Of a DNA stretch of 64,000 nucleotides, positions 50,658 through 60,965 are shown piece by piece. The first letter of the stretch is position 1, and each line of letters opens with the position of its first letter. The notes below the pieces were generated by a model, which did no database searches, was not told the DNA's origin, and was given only the letters and a program-made list of their open reading frames with translations. Source of the stretch: an uncultured bacterium (GTDB lineage Bacteria > Patescibacteriota > Dojkabacteria > J137); the NCBI GenBank assembly GCA_963700155.1, contig OY969472.1, positions 2,058 to 66,057 of the forward strand, read 5' to 3'. Position numbers and translations under genes: made by a program.

Positions 50658-51056
50658 ATGAGTATTAACACTGCTAGTTTAGATAATGAGTTAAATGCAG
50701 ACACTTCGGTTCTTTGGAACAGCGTCAAAGATGAATTACACTTTGAATTTTTAGCACCTGAATTTCAAGAAATTCTTGATAAATTAAGTGATAATACAAG
50801 AATTGTTAATATGGATCAACTTGAAGACCATGTACCTTTTTTCTCTTTTTTTCTACAATTTCAAGGTAAAACAATAGAGATTCCTAATATAGGTAGCTTT
50901 AAGGCACAATATATATTAGTTGATTACCCACCGGATGAAGATAAACCTACTGAAAGTATTATTATTTATTGTGACGAATTTGGAAAAGTAGGTTTTGTAG
51001 AAAAGTCTATACCAGTTTTTCAAACTTGGACAGCTGATATATTTAAAGAAGTATAA
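50658..51056 (+). CDS. Hypothetical protein
   Basis: 132-aa acidic ORF, no motif recognised. Confidence 0.6.
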   Translation: MSINTASLDNELNADTSVLWNSVKDELHFEFLAPEFQEILDKLSDNTRIVNMDQLEDHVPFFSFFLQFQGKTIEIPNIGSFKAQYILVDYPPDEDKPTESIIIYCDEFGKVGFVEKSIPVFQTWTADIFKEV

Positions 51057-51083
51057 TAATTTATTATTTAATTTATTTTTTCT

Positions 51084-51419
51084 ATGAAAATAATTATAAA
51101 TCTTGTATTGAGTACACTTACAGTAATAGTTTCAGCATATATTATTCAAGGGGTTACCGTTGATGGTTTTTTAACTGCGCTTGTAGTTGCAGTATTACTA
51201 GGAATAGTAAATAGTATTATTATGCCTATAATAAAATTACTAACTCTTCCAATAACTGTTTTAACATTAGGATTATTCAGCCTTGTAATTAACGCTTTAA
51301 TGGTTTTATTAGTTGCTTGGATAGTACCTGGTTTTATGGTTAGTGGATTCTTACCAGCATTATTATTCGCAATTTTGCTCTCACTAATTAATACTATTAT
51401 TTTTAAAATAGCAGATTAA
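51084..51419 (+). CDS. YvlD-like 4-TM membrane protein ('phage holin family' annotation)
   Basis: LG.VN..I.P..KLLTLP.T.LTLGLF.LVINA...VPGF. Confidence 0.85.
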   Translation: MKIIINLVLSTLTVIVSAYIIQGVTVDGFLTALVVAVLLGIVNSIIMPIIKLLTLPITVLTLGLFSLVINALMVLLVAWIVPGFMVSGFLPALLFAILLSLINTIIFKIAD

Positions 51420-51817
51420 TGAAATATAACGATTTAACAGAAGAAGAAAGAAAAGTGATTGAAGATAAAGATACTGAATCTCCCTTCACAGGTGAATATG
51501 ACAATTTTTATGAACCAGGAACATTCATCTGCAGAAGATGTAATAATCCCCTATTTACTTCAAAGGCAAAGTTTGATGCACATTGTGGTTGGCCTGCTTT
51601 TGATGAAAGTTTCCCAAATTCATTGAAAAGAATATATGATAATTCTCTCGGAATGCAAAGAACTGAAATCGAATGTGCAAACTGCAGAGCTCACCTTGGA
51701 CATGAATTTAAAGGAGAGCATTTAACCGATAAAAATGTAAGAGAATGTGTGAATTCTTTATCCATAAAATTCATTCCCGAAAGAAAAGAACTTCCCCCAA
51801 TAATTTCTACTAATTAA
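51419..51817 (+). CDS. msrB: Peptide-methionine (R)-S-oxide reductase
   Basis: TE.PFTG.Y, CxxC..LF.S..KF...CGWP.F, R.E..CxxC.AHLGH.F, R.CVNS. Confidence 0.95.
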   Translation: MKYNDLTEEERKVIEDKDTESPFTGEYDNFYEPGTFICRRCNNPLFTSKAKFDAHCGWPAFDESFPNSLKRIYDNSLGMQRTEIECANCRAHLGHEFKGEHLTDKNVRECVNSLSIKFIPERKELPPIISTN

Positions 51818-51864
51818 TAAGAAAAACTTCACAGAAGCATAGTCTTACTCAAAATTTATTTTTC

Positions 51865-51911
51865 TTGACAATATTAGTTTAGTTGCTAAAATAATTAGTT
51901 ACTTAACTAAT
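51865..51911 (+). promoter_or_regulatory. Promoter with overlapping palindromic MarR operator
   Basis: TTGACA 51865-70, TG-c-TAAAAT -10 at 51887-92, perfect palindrome attagtta-ct-taactaat 51894-51911, related site at 51873-51890. Confidence 0.8.
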
Positions 51912-51915
51912 AAAT

Positions 51916-52389
51916 ATGTTCCAATCAAGAGAAGAAAAAATACAATTAATCTTTGAAAAGTTCGAAAATATCTTTAAAACAATACATAAAAGACGTTTTC
52001 ATCTTCATAAAAATAAACAAAGATTCCCATTTGAAGATTTAAATCTAAGCAGAAGAGAAATTATATTCCTTTTTATTATTGGAAAATCTCAAGATGGAAT
52101 TTCAGTAAAAGATTTATCAAAATTCCAAAGAATAACTTCTGGAGCAGTAACTCAATTTATCGATAGTTTAATTGAAAAAAATCTTGTAAAACGAGAAGAA
52201 GATACTTATGATAGAAGAGTTATTAAAATAAAATTAACTGATTATGCAAAAAGTAAATTCAATAATTTTAAAAAAGGTTATGTAGAATCTTTAGTCCCTT
52301 TTTTCGATAATTTAACAGATGAGGAATTAGATCAATTTATAAATATATTAGAAAAACTTAGATCAAATACTGCAACAGCAGAAGATTAA
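51916..52389 (+). CDS. MarR family transcriptional regulator
   Basis: ITSGAVTQFID.L.EK.LV.R..D..DRR...I.LT. Confidence 0.92.
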   Translation: MFQSREEKIQLIFEKFENIFKTIHKRRFHLHKNKQRFPFEDLNLSRREIIFLFIIGKSQDGISVKDLSKFQRITSGAVTQFIDSLIEKNLVKREEDTYDRRVIKIKLTDYAKSKFNNFKKGYVESLVPFFDNLTDEELDQFINILEKLRSNTATAED

Positions 52390-52399
52390 TATTAATTCC

Positions 52400-54136
52400 A
52401 TGACAAAATTACTTAAATATTTAAAACCTTATTCTCTTTGGCTTGTAGTAATGATTGTACTTACTTTAATACAAGTTTTTGCAACTTTACAGCTTCCTGA
52501 TTATATGGCACAGATTATTAATCAAGGAATAGTTCTTCAGAATCAAGATTTGATAATTTCTACTGGTATTCAAATGCTTGGAGTCGCGCTAATTGGAGCT
52601 GTAGCAATAATCTGTGTAAGTTATTTAGCTTCTCGAGTTGGAATGAGTTTTGCAAGAAAAATCCGTGAATTAATTTTTAGTAAAGTTGAAGGATTTTCCC
52701 TAACTGAATTTAATAAATTTTCAACAGCTTCCTTAATAACAAGATCTACTAATGATGTCACACAAGTACAAACAGTACTAATTATGGTATTCAGGTTAGT
52801 TTTAATGGCGCCAATTACAGGAGTTGTTGCAATTTATAAAGCTTATCAATTGGCGCCATCAATGACTTGGATTATGGCAGTTTCAGTTTCTATTCTAGTT
52901 ATAATTATATATGTTCTTTTTAGAGTAGCAGTCCCAAAATTCACTCTCCTTCAAAAAATGGTAGATAAGTTGAATTTAGTTGCCAGGGAAAATCTTACTG
53001 GACTAAGAGTAATTAGAGCATTTAATACTCAGAAATATGAAGAACAGAAGTTTGAGAAAGTAAATAGAGATTTAACTAACCTTAATCTTTTTGTAAATAG
53101 ACTTTTAGTATTAATGCAGCCAATGGTTATGCTTATTTTCAATTTAACCGCTATTGCTGTTATATGGATCGGCGCTCATATGATAGCTGATAATAATTTA
53201 CAGATTGGGGATATGATCGCCTTTATGCAATATGCAATGCAGGTGATTCTATCATTCTTATTAATGTCTATTATCTTTATTATGGTCCCCAGAGCTTCAG
53301 TTTCAGCAGATAGAATTTCTGAAGTCTTAAGTACAGAACCATTTATTAAAGACCCTGAAAATCCTGAAACGCCTGAAGATGAAAAACATGGATTAGTAGA
53401 ATTTAAAGATGTCACATTTACATATCCTGGAGCAGATTTACCAGTTTTATATAATATTACTTTTACAGCTAAACCAGGTCAGACAACTGCTTTCATTGGT
53501 AGTACTGGAAGTGGTAAATCTACTTTAATAAATTTGATCCCAAGATTCTTTGATGTTACATCGGGTCAGGTTTTAGTGGATGGTGTTGATGTAAGAAACA
53601 TGACACAAAAGAATTTACATGACAAAATTGGATATGTTCCTCAAAAAGGTGTTCTATTTTCTGGAACAATAAATTCAAATATAAAGTACGGTAAAGAAGA
53701 TGCAACAGAAAGTGAAGTTTCTAAAGCAGCTGTAACTGCACAAGCTTCAGATTTTATTAACAGCTTTAATGAAAAATTTGAATCACCAATAGCTCAAGGA
53801 GGGAGTAACGTTTCAGGGGGTCAAAAACAAAGACTTTCAATAGCACGTGCATTAGTCAAAAAACCTGAGATTTATATTTTTGATGACAGCTTTTCAGCTC
53901 TTGATTTTAAAACTGATGCAACTTTGCGAGAAGCTTTACATAAAGAGACTCAAAATTCTACTGTCCTTATTGTTGCACAAAGGATAGGAACTATTTTAAA
54001 TGCAGACCAAATTATCGTTTTAAATGAAGGAAGAATCGTTGGTAACGGAAAACACGAAGAATTAATGAGAACTAGTAAAGTATATAAGGAAATTGCTTTA
54101 TCTCAACTTTCAGAGAAAGAGTTAAAAAATATTTAA
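52400..54136 (+). CDS. Heterodimeric ABC exporter subunit (degenerate Walker B)
   Basis: TMD+NBD, GSTGSGKST, VSGGQKQR, IFDDSFSALD, VAQR. Confidence 0.92.
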   Translation: MTKLLKYLKPYSLWLVVMIVLTLIQVFATLQLPDYMAQIINQGIVLQNQDLIISTGIQMLGVALIGAVAIICVSYLASRVGMSFARKIRELIFSKVEGFSLTEFNKFSTASLITRSTNDVTQVQTVLIMVFRLVLMAPITGVVAIYKAYQLAPSMTWIMAVSVSILVIIIYVLFRVAVPKFTLLQKMVDKLNLVARENLTGLRVIRAFNTQKYEEQKFEKVNRDLTNLNLFVNRLLVLMQPMVMLIFNLTAIAVIWIGAHMIADNNLQIGDMIAFMQYAMQVILSFLLMSIIFIMVPRASVSADRISEVLSTEPFIKDPENPETPEDEKHGLVEFKDVTFTYPGADLPVLYNITFTAKPGQTTAFIGSTGSGKSTLINLIPRFFDVTSGQVLVDGVDVRNMTQKNLHDKIGYVPQKGVLFSGTINSNIKYGKEDATESEVSKAAVTAQASDFINSFNEKFESPIAQGGSNVSGGQKQRLSIARALVKKPEIYIFDDSFSALDFKTDATLREALHKETQNSTVLIVAQRIGTILNADQIIVLNEGRIVGNGKHEELMRTSKVYKEIALSQLSEKELKNI

Positions 54137-54139
54137 AAT

Positions 54140-56191
54140 ATGGATAAAAAAGAAGATTTAAAAAAAGTAACTAGTAAAAAACCACAAGGGATGGCTTTTG
54201 GACCAGGCCAAGGTATGCAAGGTGTAGGTGAAAAAGCCAAAGACTTTAAAGGAAGTTTAAAAAAACTAGCAAATTATTTAAAACCGTTCTGGAAATCTAT
54301 TATTCTGGTAGTATTTTTTGCGATAGTTAGTACAACATTTGCTATATTAAGTCCAAGAATATTAGGAAACATTACAAACAACATCGTTAGTGATTATTTA
54401 AATATTACAATTTATAATCAAGTTACTGCTAATCTGCCACAAGGCATGACAATTCCTCCAGGAACCACTGGTGCAGATTTGCTGAAAAATGCTCCACAAG
54501 AAGAAGTTTCTAAAATCCCATCAGATAAACTTGATCAAATTAAAGCTTTAGACTTCTCTACTCGACCACAATTTAATTTTGACATTATTGCCCAAACTGG
54601 ATTATTTTTAATCGCTCTTTACCTATTGAGTTCTATATTTACATATATCCAAGGCTGGATAATGACTGGTGCGACTCAAGAAATTACTTTCAGATTTAGA
54701 AGAGATATTTCAGAAAAAATTAACAAACTTCCTTTAAGTTATTTTGATAAGAAAACATATGGTGATGTTTTAAGTAGAATAACAAATGATGTTGATACGG
54801 TAAGCCAAAATTTAAATCAAAGTTTAACTCAACTCATTTCAGCAATTACTACAATCATTGGAATATTAATAATGATGCTCTTAATAAGTGTTCCTATGAC
54901 AGTGATAGCTCTTTTAACCTTACCAATAAGCTTCTTCTTTATTGGATTTGTGATAAAAAAGTCTCAAACATTATTTTTTCAACAACAACAATCTTTAGGT
55001 GAAATCAATGGTCATGTTGAGGAAATGTATGCTGGTCATAATATCGTGAAAGTATTTAACCGTGAAGATGAATCTTTAGAAAAATTTAATAAGATAAATA
55101 ATGATTTATATGTGAGCGGTTGGAAGTCGCAATTTTTCTCAGGATTATTATTCCCAATAACTAATATCATAAGTAACTTAGGTTATATTGCAATTGCTGT
55201 ATTAGGTGGATGGTTGGCAATTAACGGGAAAATTCAAATAGGAGATATACAGGCATTTATGCAATATATGCAGCAATTTAATCAGCCAATAATGCAAACT
55301 GCGAATATTGCAAATGTATTGCAGTCTACTGCAGCAGCTGCTGAAAGAGTCTTTGAATTTTTAGATGAGCCTTCAGAAATCGAAGAATCTAAAAATCCTG
55401 TTGTTATTAAAAATATTAAAGGTAATGTTGAGTTTAATAATGTTAAATTCGGATACGATCCTAGTCACTATGTAATAAATGGATTTAACTCAAAAATTAA
55501 AGCTGGGCAACGAGTTGCAATAGTTGGACCAACAGGAGCAGGAAAAACAACAATGGTAAATTTATTAATGAGATTTTATGATGTAAATAAAGGCTCAATT
55601 AAGGTTGATGGCATTGATATTAGAAATATGCGAAGATCAGATTTAAGAAAATTATTTGGAATGGTTTTACAAGACACTTGGCTTTTCAACGGAACAATTA
55701 GAGATAATATAAGATATGGGAAACTTGATGCTAGTGAAGAAGAAATTATAAATGCAGCCCAAACTGCACATGTAGATCATTTTGTTCACTCTTTACCGGA
55801 TGGTTACGATATGATATTGAATGAAGAAGCAGATAATATATCTCAAGGTGAAAAACAATTATTGACAATAGCTAGAGCAATGTTAGCAAATCCACCAATC
55901 TTAATTCTTGATGAAGCAACTAGTTCTGTTGATACAAGAACTGAAGTGTTAATCCAAAAAGCTATGGATAATTTAATGCAAGGTAGAACTAGTTTTGTAA
56001 TTGCACATAGATTATCTACTATAAAAGATGCTGATTTAATTCTTGTTATGAGGTCTGGTAATATTGTTGAGCAAGGTACTCATGAAGAATTATTAGCTCA
56101 AAAGGGATTCTATGCTTCAATTTATGAAAGTCAATTTAGTAATGGTGGTGATATCGACAGAGCCTTAAAAGTAAATCCCCAATTAGCTTAA
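54140..56191 (+). CDS. Heterodimeric ABC exporter subunit (consensus Walker B)
   Basis: TMD+NBD, GPTGAGKTT, ISQGEKQ, LDEATSSVD, AHRLST. Confidence 0.92.
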   Translation: MDKKEDLKKVTSKKPQGMAFGPGQGMQGVGEKAKDFKGSLKKLANYLKPFWKSIILVVFFAIVSTTFAILSPRILGNITNNIVSDYLNITIYNQVTANLPQGMTIPPGTTGADLLKNAPQEEVSKIPSDKLDQIKALDFSTRPQFNFDIIAQTGLFLIALYLLSSIFTYIQGWIMTGATQEITFRFRRDISEKINKLPLSYFDKKTYGDVLSRITNDVDTVSQNLNQSLTQLISAITTIIGILIMMLLISVPMTVIALLTLPISFFFIGFVIKKSQTLFFQQQQSLGEINGHVEEMYAGHNIVKVFNREDESLEKFNKINNDLYVSGWKSQFFSGLLFPITNIISNLGYIAIAVLGGWLAINGKIQIGDIQAFMQYMQQFNQPIMQTANIANVLQSTAAAAERVFEFLDEPSEIEESKNPVVIKNIKGNVEFNNVKFGYDPSHYVINGFNSKIKAGQRVAIVGPTGAGKTTMVNLLMRFYDVNKGSIKVDGIDIRNMRRSDLRKLFGMVLQDTWLFNGTIRDNIRYGKLDASEEEIINAAQTAHVDHFVHSLPDGYDMILNEEADNISQGEKQLLTIARAMLANPPILILDEATSSVDTRTEVLIQKAMDNLMQGRTSFVIAHRLSTIKDADLILVMRSGNIVEQGTHEELLAQKGFYASIYESQFSNGGDIDRALKVNPQLA

Positions 56192-56320
56192 CTGATAATT
56201 ATATTCAATTGTTTTTAGCTCTAGTTTCTGTTAAAATGCAACGTCAATTATTGATTTTATATCTGCATAAAAGGTTATATAAAATTAGGAATTGAAAGTA
56301 ATATATTTAAAGTTTTTGAA

Positions 56321-56878
56321 ATGGCAGACACAACAAATCTTTATAGAGGAATGATTATAAAATTCAATAATGAACCTCATATTCTAGTAGAAAAAGAATT
56401 TAGATCAATGGGAAAAGGAGCGGCTTTTAATAGAGTTAGACTTCAAAATATAAAATCCGGTAAATTTTTTGAAACTGTTTTTAAATCAGGTGAGAAAGTT
56501 GAAGAACTAGATGTTGAAAAAAGGAATATGCAATATCTATATATTGATGGAAATAATGCCGTCTTTATGGATCCAGATAATTACGAACAGATTAATGTTA
56601 AGTTAGACATAATCCCAGGTGGTACAGACTATTTACATCCAGATGCGAAATATATAATGTCAATTTATGAAGGGGAAGTTATATATATCCAAATTCCACA
56701 AAAAATAACATTACAAGTAACTGAAACTGCAGATACTGTGAAGGGTAATACTGTAAACAATGCTTTAAAAGAAGCAACAGTTGAAACAGGAGCTAAAGTA
56801 CAAATTCCAATGTTTATAAAAACTGGAGATAGAATTGTAATTAATACTGAGTCCGGTAATTATTTCTCAAAAGAATAA
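56321..56878 (+). CDS. efp: Elongation factor P
   Basis: MGKGAAF.R, MQYLY.D....FMD..NYEQ, KG.T....K.A..ETG....P.FI..GD.I...T..G.Y. Confidence 0.95.
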   Translation: MADTTNLYRGMIIKFNNEPHILVEKEFRSMGKGAAFNRVRLQNIKSGKFFETVFKSGEKVEELDVEKRNMQYLYIDGNNAVFMDPDNYEQINVKLDIIPGGTDYLHPDAKYIMSIYEGEVIYIQIPQKITLQVTETADTVKGNTVNNALKEATVETGAKVQIPMFIKTGDRIVINTESGNYFSKE

Positions 56879-57987
56879 TGAAAACCTGGCAGATTTTAAA
56901 AAATAATCCTGAACTTTTCCAAAGATATTACACAAAAGAGTATATAATCAAAGCCTGCCGAATATTTTTTGAACATAGAAATTATCATGAATTGGAAAGT
57001 CCAATAATCACATCTTCTCTTCCACAGGAAAGATATTTAGATGTTCTTGAAACTAAAATCACTTTAAAAGACAAAGATGATATTAATGCATATATTATTC
57101 CTACAACAGAAACTTTCAATAAAAAGATTTTAGCAGCAGGTTTAGGAGAGCATTTTGTAATCACCAAAGTTGCAAGAGGTACTGAAGAAATTAGTCCAAA
57201 TCATAGTCCTGAATTTACCATGCTTGAATGGTACCATTTGAATGCAGATTATTTTGATTTAATGAATGATACTGAAGATTTAATTATTTTTATAAAGAAA
57301 TTTTTAGATCTTGCTTTAAATACTCCAAGAGAAAAACTTAATGAAATATTCTCAATGAGTTTTGATGAAATTAATAACCACAAGACAGATCTAAAAATTT
57401 CTTACAAAGGACAGATAATTGATCTAAGTAAAGGTTGGAATAAAATTTCAATTCCTGATATTTTAAAAAATCAACTCGGTATAGAACTTTCTGATATTCA
57501 AGATAAAAGTAAATTATATAAATATATTGATTCGAAAGGATATTCTGTTTCCAAAAACGATGATTGGCAGACTCTTTTTGAGCTTATTTTTACTGCAGAA
57601 ATCGAAGGGAAACTTCCAAATGATAAGCCCACTTTTGTATATAATTACCCAAAACAACTTTGCCCTTTAACTAAAGTAAATGAAGAAAACCCACTAGTTT
57701 CAGAAAAAGTAGAGCTTTACTTTGGTGGAAAAGAAATTGCAAATGGTTATTCAGAACTTTCTAACTGGAAAGAACAAGAAAAAAGATTTTTAGAAGAACA
57801 AAAAGCAAGAAAAGAATTGGGTAAAAAAGAAGTAAAAATGGATATCGATCTTATTGAAGCAATAAAAAGCGGGATTCCAAGAGTTGCAGGAATTGGAATG
57901 GGATTAGATAGAGTTGCAATGATCTTTGCAAATGCAGATAATATTTCAGATATTAATTACTTTCCTTCAAGTGAATGGATTGAATAA
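56878..57987 (+). CDS. epmA: EF-P lysine aminoacylase EpmA/GenX (LysRS-like catalytic domain only)
   Basis: H.PEFTMLEWY, E.Y..G.E.ANGY.EL, G.P..AG.G.G.DR..M; no anticodon-binding domain; TAATG overlap with efp. Confidence 0.88.
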   Translation: MKTWQILKNNPELFQRYYTKEYIIKACRIFFEHRNYHELESPIITSSLPQERYLDVLETKITLKDKDDINAYIIPTTETFNKKILAAGLGEHFVITKVARGTEEISPNHSPEFTMLEWYHLNADYFDLMNDTEDLIIFIKKFLDLALNTPREKLNEIFSMSFDEINNHKTDLKISYKGQIIDLSKGWNKISIPDILKNQLGIELSDIQDKSKLYKYIDSKGYSVSKNDDWQTLFELIFTAEIEGKLPNDKPTFVYNYPKQLCPLTKVNEENPLVSEKVELYFGGKEIANGYSELSNWKEQEKRFLEEQKARKELGKKEVKMDIDLIEAIKSGIPRVAGIGMGLDRVAMIFANADNISDINYFPSSEWIE

Positions 57988-58735
57988 AAACCCAAATGAT
58001 ATAACCGCATCAATTTACGATAAAGTAATTAAACCACTAAAACCGGGTGAAGTTACAGATGAAGAAATTTCTTTAGTTAATTCTTTGGTCGAACCAGGTT
58101 CAAAAATACTAGACATAGGAGGAGGAACTGGCAGACATTCAATAACTTTAGCCAAAGAAGGATATAAAATTTCTGTTGTAGATTCATCCCTTGGGATGTT
58201 GAATAATTTAACTCCTAAAATAGAAAAACTAAAACTTAAAAAAGAAAATATACAAGTTTTCTATAATGATATTTTTGATAAAGATTTTGACGAAGACTCT
58301 TTTGATTTTATTATACTTTTTTGGAATAGTTTTAATGAGATTGTATTAACAGACGAACAGGCAGAATTATTTTTTGAAAAAGTAAGTAAATGGTTAACTA
58401 AAGATGGTGGTATTTTAATTAATATAGATGATTCTGAAAAAGTAAATCCAGCTAATTTTGATTTTAAAACAACTTACCAAGAAGACGGTTACACCTATAA
58501 ACTTCATTGGAAAACTAAAAGCTATGATTCAAAAACTAATACCTCTGTATCACTTGAATCAATTGATATGTTAGATAAAGATAACAAACTTTTAGATAGT
58601 TTTAAAAATAAGATTATTCAACGATATTGGAGTCTTGAAGAATTAGAGAACTTTGCGAGGAATTCAGCTTTTAAAATTGAAAGGTTGAAATTTAAACTTA
58701 ACGAGGAACTTTATCTTTTATTGACTAGAAGCTGA
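57926..58735 (+). CDS. Class I SAM-dependent methyltransferase (true start probably ~57971-57980)
   Basis: ILDIGGGTGRH, VD.S..ML, FD.I. Confidence 0.85.
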   Translation: MQMQIIFQILITFLQVNGLNKNPNDITASIYDKVIKPLKPGEVTDEEISLVNSLVEPGSKILDIGGGTGRHSITLAKEGYKISVVDSSLGMLNNLTPKIEKLKLKKENIQVFYNDIFDKDFDEDSFDFIILFWNSFNEIVLTDEQAELFFEKVSKWLTKDGGILINIDDSEKVNPANFDFKTTYQEDGYTYKLHWKTKSYDSKTNTSVSLESIDMLDKDNKLLDSFKNKIIQRYWSLEELENFARNSAFKIERLKFKLNEELYLLLTRS

Positions 58736-60048
58736 ATTCCTCTACATGCAGCATATCTTCAGTAACCTTCTCTTTTTTTAATATCTTTTTAAGTGAATCG
58801 GTCATAATTTTTGGACCACATAAATAAATCATATACGATTTTAGCGGGTCTTTTAGATACTTTTTCAGGAGATCAGCTGTAATAAAACCAAATTCGTGAG
58901 TTGGATCTTTAGATTTCTCTTTGCTAAGAACATAAATACATTTAAAATTCGGATTCTTTTGCATTGCATTATCCAATTTAGATTTAAATGCAATATCTTT
59001 ATCATCTTGACTACCATAAAACATCCATATTTTTTCTGGATAATCAGCGGGATTAAATTCAATATCTTCAATTAAATCTAAGAATGGAGTTGCTCCAATT
59101 CCTCCAACAATTAAAACCAATTTCTCTTTAGTTTTATAAGCTTCATCAACAAAAGTCCCATAAGGTCCATCCATTAGAACTTCTTGCCCTATTTCCAAAT
59201 CTTTTAAACTTACACTATATTTCCCAAGAAATTTTACTCCAAAAGTAATATCATGGTTGTTATCATGATAATCCGAAACACTAAATGGATGAGCTTCTCC
59301 AAAAACCTGTCTTTTGCAAATATAAATATTGCCCAGGTCTGGATTTCAATACTTTATTAATTGGTGACAATGTTAAATCTATCACATTAGGAGTATCGTA
59401 AACTATAGATTTAACTTTGTATTTTGCCCTCCCTAAAATACCAAACTGAAATAATATTCTATATATAACAATAAAAATAAATATTACAAACAAAATATCA
59501 AAATAAGTTTTAAGAAGAGGACTTTCTAAAAAGATTCCAGAATTAACACTATGGAAATAAACTAATACAAATAGAAAATAATTTAATAGATGAATCATCT
59601 TCCATGGCCTGAATCCAATCTTTTCTTTAAGAAAAGCACTCAAAACCCAAATAACTGCTAATATTATAAATCCTATTGTACCAACGGATACCCAAAAACT
59701 ATATTGAGTTTCAAAACCCAAAATTGTTAAATTAAACCCCTGAATCCAGTTGTCTATAAGCATTAAGACTGGATGAAGTGTAATAAAGATAAAGCCATAT
59801 TTTGCTAAAAGTCCATGAAGCTCATTACTCCAAGTTAATTCTACAGTGAAAATTCGTAAAACTGATCTTGTACCAATTACAAATTCCCACCACAACATTA
59901 GATATCCAACCAAACCTAAAATATCAGCAATTATCCAGAGTTCATCACCTTCGTCAAAAAACCCAGTTAGAATAAACTTGTATGAAAAAATAAACAGAAT
60001 AAGAAAACTTAAAATGAATACTGTGACTAAGATTATTTTTCCTTTCAT
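58725..60048 (-). pseudogene. Ferric-reductase-like TM domain fused to FAD/NAD(P)H-binding (FNR) domain, split by a +1 frameshift at a T5 run (~59301-59305)
   Basis: Two paired-His TM helices, RPGQYLYL; removing one T gives GFGEAHPFSVS...GQEVLMDGPYG...GGIGATPF...CGP...EEF in one frame; span 1324 = 3n+1. Confidence 0.85.
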
Positions 60049-60062
60049 AAAAGTATTTTACA

Positions 60063-60959
60063 TTAATTCAAAACACCTTTGTATCCTTTACTTCTAAAAA
60101 ATTTTTTATTAGGAAAGACTATTAAATACTCTACCTCAAGATTTTTAGCGATACTATCCGCTTTTTCTGGTTCTGAAATAAATATTGCAGTACTTGCTAA
60201 ATCAGCATTAATTATACTTTTAGACTGAGTAAATACAGCTGAAGTATTATTAACGCTACCTCCTGAATTGAAATCTATTAAATGATGATAGACTTCTCCA
60301 GTTCTTCTATCTTTCCATGCTCTTCGAGTTGGAGAAGAACATGCAATTGCTTCATTAGCTATCTTAATAGAACCGATCATTTCAGTATCATCAAAAGGAT
60401 TTTCCAAGGCAAACTCATGTTCATTGTCATTAGAGTCTTTAACATAAATATCACCACCACCATTAATTAAGTAATTTTTTAATTTGAATTCATTAAGACT
60501 CTTTTTAAATTTGTTAATTAACCATCCTTTTCCAATACCTCCTAGATCAATTCTGGCATCTTTAGATATTCTTATTAAATCCTTGGTTAAAGTATAAATT
60601 TTCAAATCATCTGGTGAATAGTTTTTAGGTTTGCTTGAAAATGTATAATTAGCATCATAGCCTAAATCTTCTAATTGAGTACCTACACAAACATTGAAAT
60701 GACCATCTGTTAATTCTCTGACTTTCTCAGAAGTTTTTAACATTTCATATAACTCAAGTGGAAAATCCGAAATAGATTTTTCTCTATTAAGTTTTGAAAT
60801 GAGGCTGTTTTCTTTAAATCGTGAATATTTTTCATCAAATTCATGCAAGATATTGAGTATGTTATTCTGGACTTCAGAAAACAGCCTCTCTTCTATTTTG
60901 TCTGGGATAGTTATCCACCAATGAGTACCAATTCCCTCAAATTTAAAAGTGTCTGTCAT
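60063..60959 (-). CDS. apbE: FAD:protein FMN transferase
   Basis: F..IGT, SRF...S.IS.LN, DLGGIGKG, N.GGD, HHLID, AD..STA.F. Confidence 0.92.
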   Translation of the reverse strand: MTDTFKFEGIGTHWWITIPDKIEERLFSEVQNNILNILHEFDEKYSRFKENSLISKLNREKSISDFPLELYEMLKTSEKVRELTDGHFNVCVGTQLEDLGYDANYTFSSKPKNYSPDDLKIYTLTKDLIRISKDARIDLGGIGKGWLINKFKKSLNEFKLKNYLINGGGDIYVKDSNDNEHEFALENPFDDTEMIGSIKIANEAIACSSPTRRAWKDRRTGEVYHHLIDFNSGGSVNNTSAVFTQSKSIINADLASTAIFISEPEKADSIAKNLEVEYLIVFPNKKFFRSKGYKGVLN

Positions 60960-60965
60960 AGAATT

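Noticed and set aside
51084-51419. Prophage suggested by holin-like annotation
   Set aside because: YvlD-like family is a common chromosomal membrane protein; no phage genes nearby.
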